The notes beneath the pieces were generated by a model. The model saw nothing but the letters and a program-made list of their open reading frames with translations, made no database searches and was not told where the DNA came from. 64,000 nucleotides of DNA, from NCBI GenBank assembly GCA_964628295.1, contig CAZVLS010000016.1, forward strand, positions 10,933 to 74,932, given 5' to 3'. The first letter of the stretch is position 1. Each line of letters opens with the position of its first letter. Made by a program: the position numbers and the translations under genes. Below, piece by piece: positions 63,288 to 64,000 of this stretch. The DNA comes from an uncultured Acidobacterium sp. (GTDB lineage Bacteria > Acidobacteriota > Vicinamibacteria > Vicinamibacterales > UBA2999).

Positions 63288-64000
63288 CGCCGCTCGTTGA
63301 GGTCAGGAACCTCGTCAAGCACTTCGAGCGCGGTGGAGGCCTGTTCCGCGAGAAGACCGTCGTGCGCGCCGTCGATGACGTCAGCTTCAGCGTGGATGAG
63401 GGCGAGACGTTTGCGCTGGTCGGTGAGTCCGGCAGCGGCAAGAGCACGACCGGGCGATGCATGCTGCGACTGATCGAACCGACCTCGGGCTCGGTGTCGT
63501 TCCGCGGCGAGGACGTGCTTGGGTATTCGAGTACCCGGATGCGCGCGGCGCGGCGGGACATGCAGATGGTGTTCCAGGATCCGTATTCGTCGCTCAACCC
63601 GCGAATGCGCGCATCAACCATCGTCGAAGAGCCGCTGGTCATTCATGACATTGGCTCGAAGGCCGAGCGCCGCGATCGGGTCGCGGACCTGTTCCGCCTG
63701 GTCGGCCTCGATCCCGCGCACCTCGATCGCTACCCGCATGAATTCAGCGGCGGTCAACGGCAGCGCATTGGCCTGGCGCGCGCGCTGGCGCTCAATCCAT
63801 CCTTCATCATCGCGGACGAGCCGGTGTCGGCGCTCGACGTGTCGATCCAGGCGCAGGTCATCAATTTGCTGATGGATCTGCAACAGCAGCTCCATCTCAC
63901 TTACCTGTTCATCGCCCACGACTTGCGGCTGGTTCGGCACATTTCGAGCCGCGTGGCGGTGATGTACCTGGGACGAATCGTGGAGATGGGACGTACTACG
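63281..64000 (+). CDS. Oligopeptide/dipeptide ABC transporter ATP-binding protein (OppF/DppF-like), 3'-truncated by the window edge
   Basis: Own translation: (TTG 63281) [19 protein letters not shown]...GESGSGKST...[15 protein letters not shown]...[12 protein letters not shown], open to position 64000. Not in the track because it has no stop. The track ORF 63519-63872 is in another frame. Confidence 0.85.
   Translation, partial: MVAPLVEVRNLVKHFERGGGLFREKTVVRAVDDVSFSVDEGETFALVGESGSGKSTTGRCMLRLIEPTSGSVSFRGEDVLGYSSTRMRAARRDMQMVFQDPYSSLNPRMRASTIVEEPLVIHDIGSKAERRDRVADLFRLVGLDPAHLDRYPHEFSGGQRQRIGLARALALNPSFIIADEPVSALDVSIQAQVINLLMDLQQQLHLTYLFIAHDLRLVRHISSRVAVMYLGRIVEMGRTT

Noticed and set aside
63519-63872. 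Track ORF 63519-63872 (+), 117 aa
   Set aside because: It is out of frame relative to a clear OppF/DppF-type ABC ATPase reading frame ([30 protein letters not shown]). That frame runs from about 63281 to the window edge and is missing from the track only because it lacks a stop.

Overview
This is a high-GC, densely coding bacterial chromosomal window with about 50 protein genes. I recognised no rRNA, tRNA, CRISPR array, transposase or integrase by eye. The gene content looks Acidobacteriota-like (PDZ-GAF-PAS sensor kinase, CarboxypepD_reg-type outer-membrane barrel, DUF4384 Ser/Thr kinase, many secreted peptidases, GT4-rich envelope operon), but that is only a weak inference.

Layout:
(1) 191-9926, minus strand: purine operon M16 peptidase-purB-purS-purQ-purL-purF-HEAT protein-purM.
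(2) 9973-19198: accessory/defence island. It holds an SNF2-family helicase and a type III-like Mod methyltransferase, then an opposite-strand cassette (Fic, minimal nucleotidyltransferase, small basic ORF), then a type III Res helicase-nuclease.
(3) 19245-25084: CDP-alcohol phosphatidyltransferase, GtrA-fusion protein, rlmN, esterase lipoprotein, purD, rpsU.
(4) 25217-34177: a tightly packed nine-gene envelope operon. It encodes STAS, a UbiA/DPPRS-like transferase, DUF362, a coiled-coil/low-complexity protein, and four GT4 glycosyltransferases in A-B-B'-A' order.
(5) 34249-39166: secreted protein, type II asparaginase, M14 peptidase.
(6) 39200-44720: Ser/Thr kinase(DUF4384)-caspase/PEGA/TPR-TolC operon.
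(7) 44751-53300: YHYH-MORN-SCO1 operon, OmpR/HK pair, PDZ sensor kinase plus NtrC-type activator.
(8) 53509-64000: OM barrel, glgC-eno-gpmA, acyl-CoA mutase large subunit, Opp/Dpp-type ABC ATPases.

The strongest candidates for something new are:
- the two-motor SNF2+Mod+Res locus with its nested Fic/NTase cassette;
- the kinase-caspase-TolC operon;
- a pervasive set of degenerate 7-nt and 9-nt tandem arrays that fill cistron junctions and intrude in-frame into coding regions. One of these is a near-perfect 7x7-nt array at a glycosyltransferase-glycosyltransferase junction that could act as a frameshift switch.

All product calls rest on motifs I recognise in the supplied translations. No database search or computation was possible.
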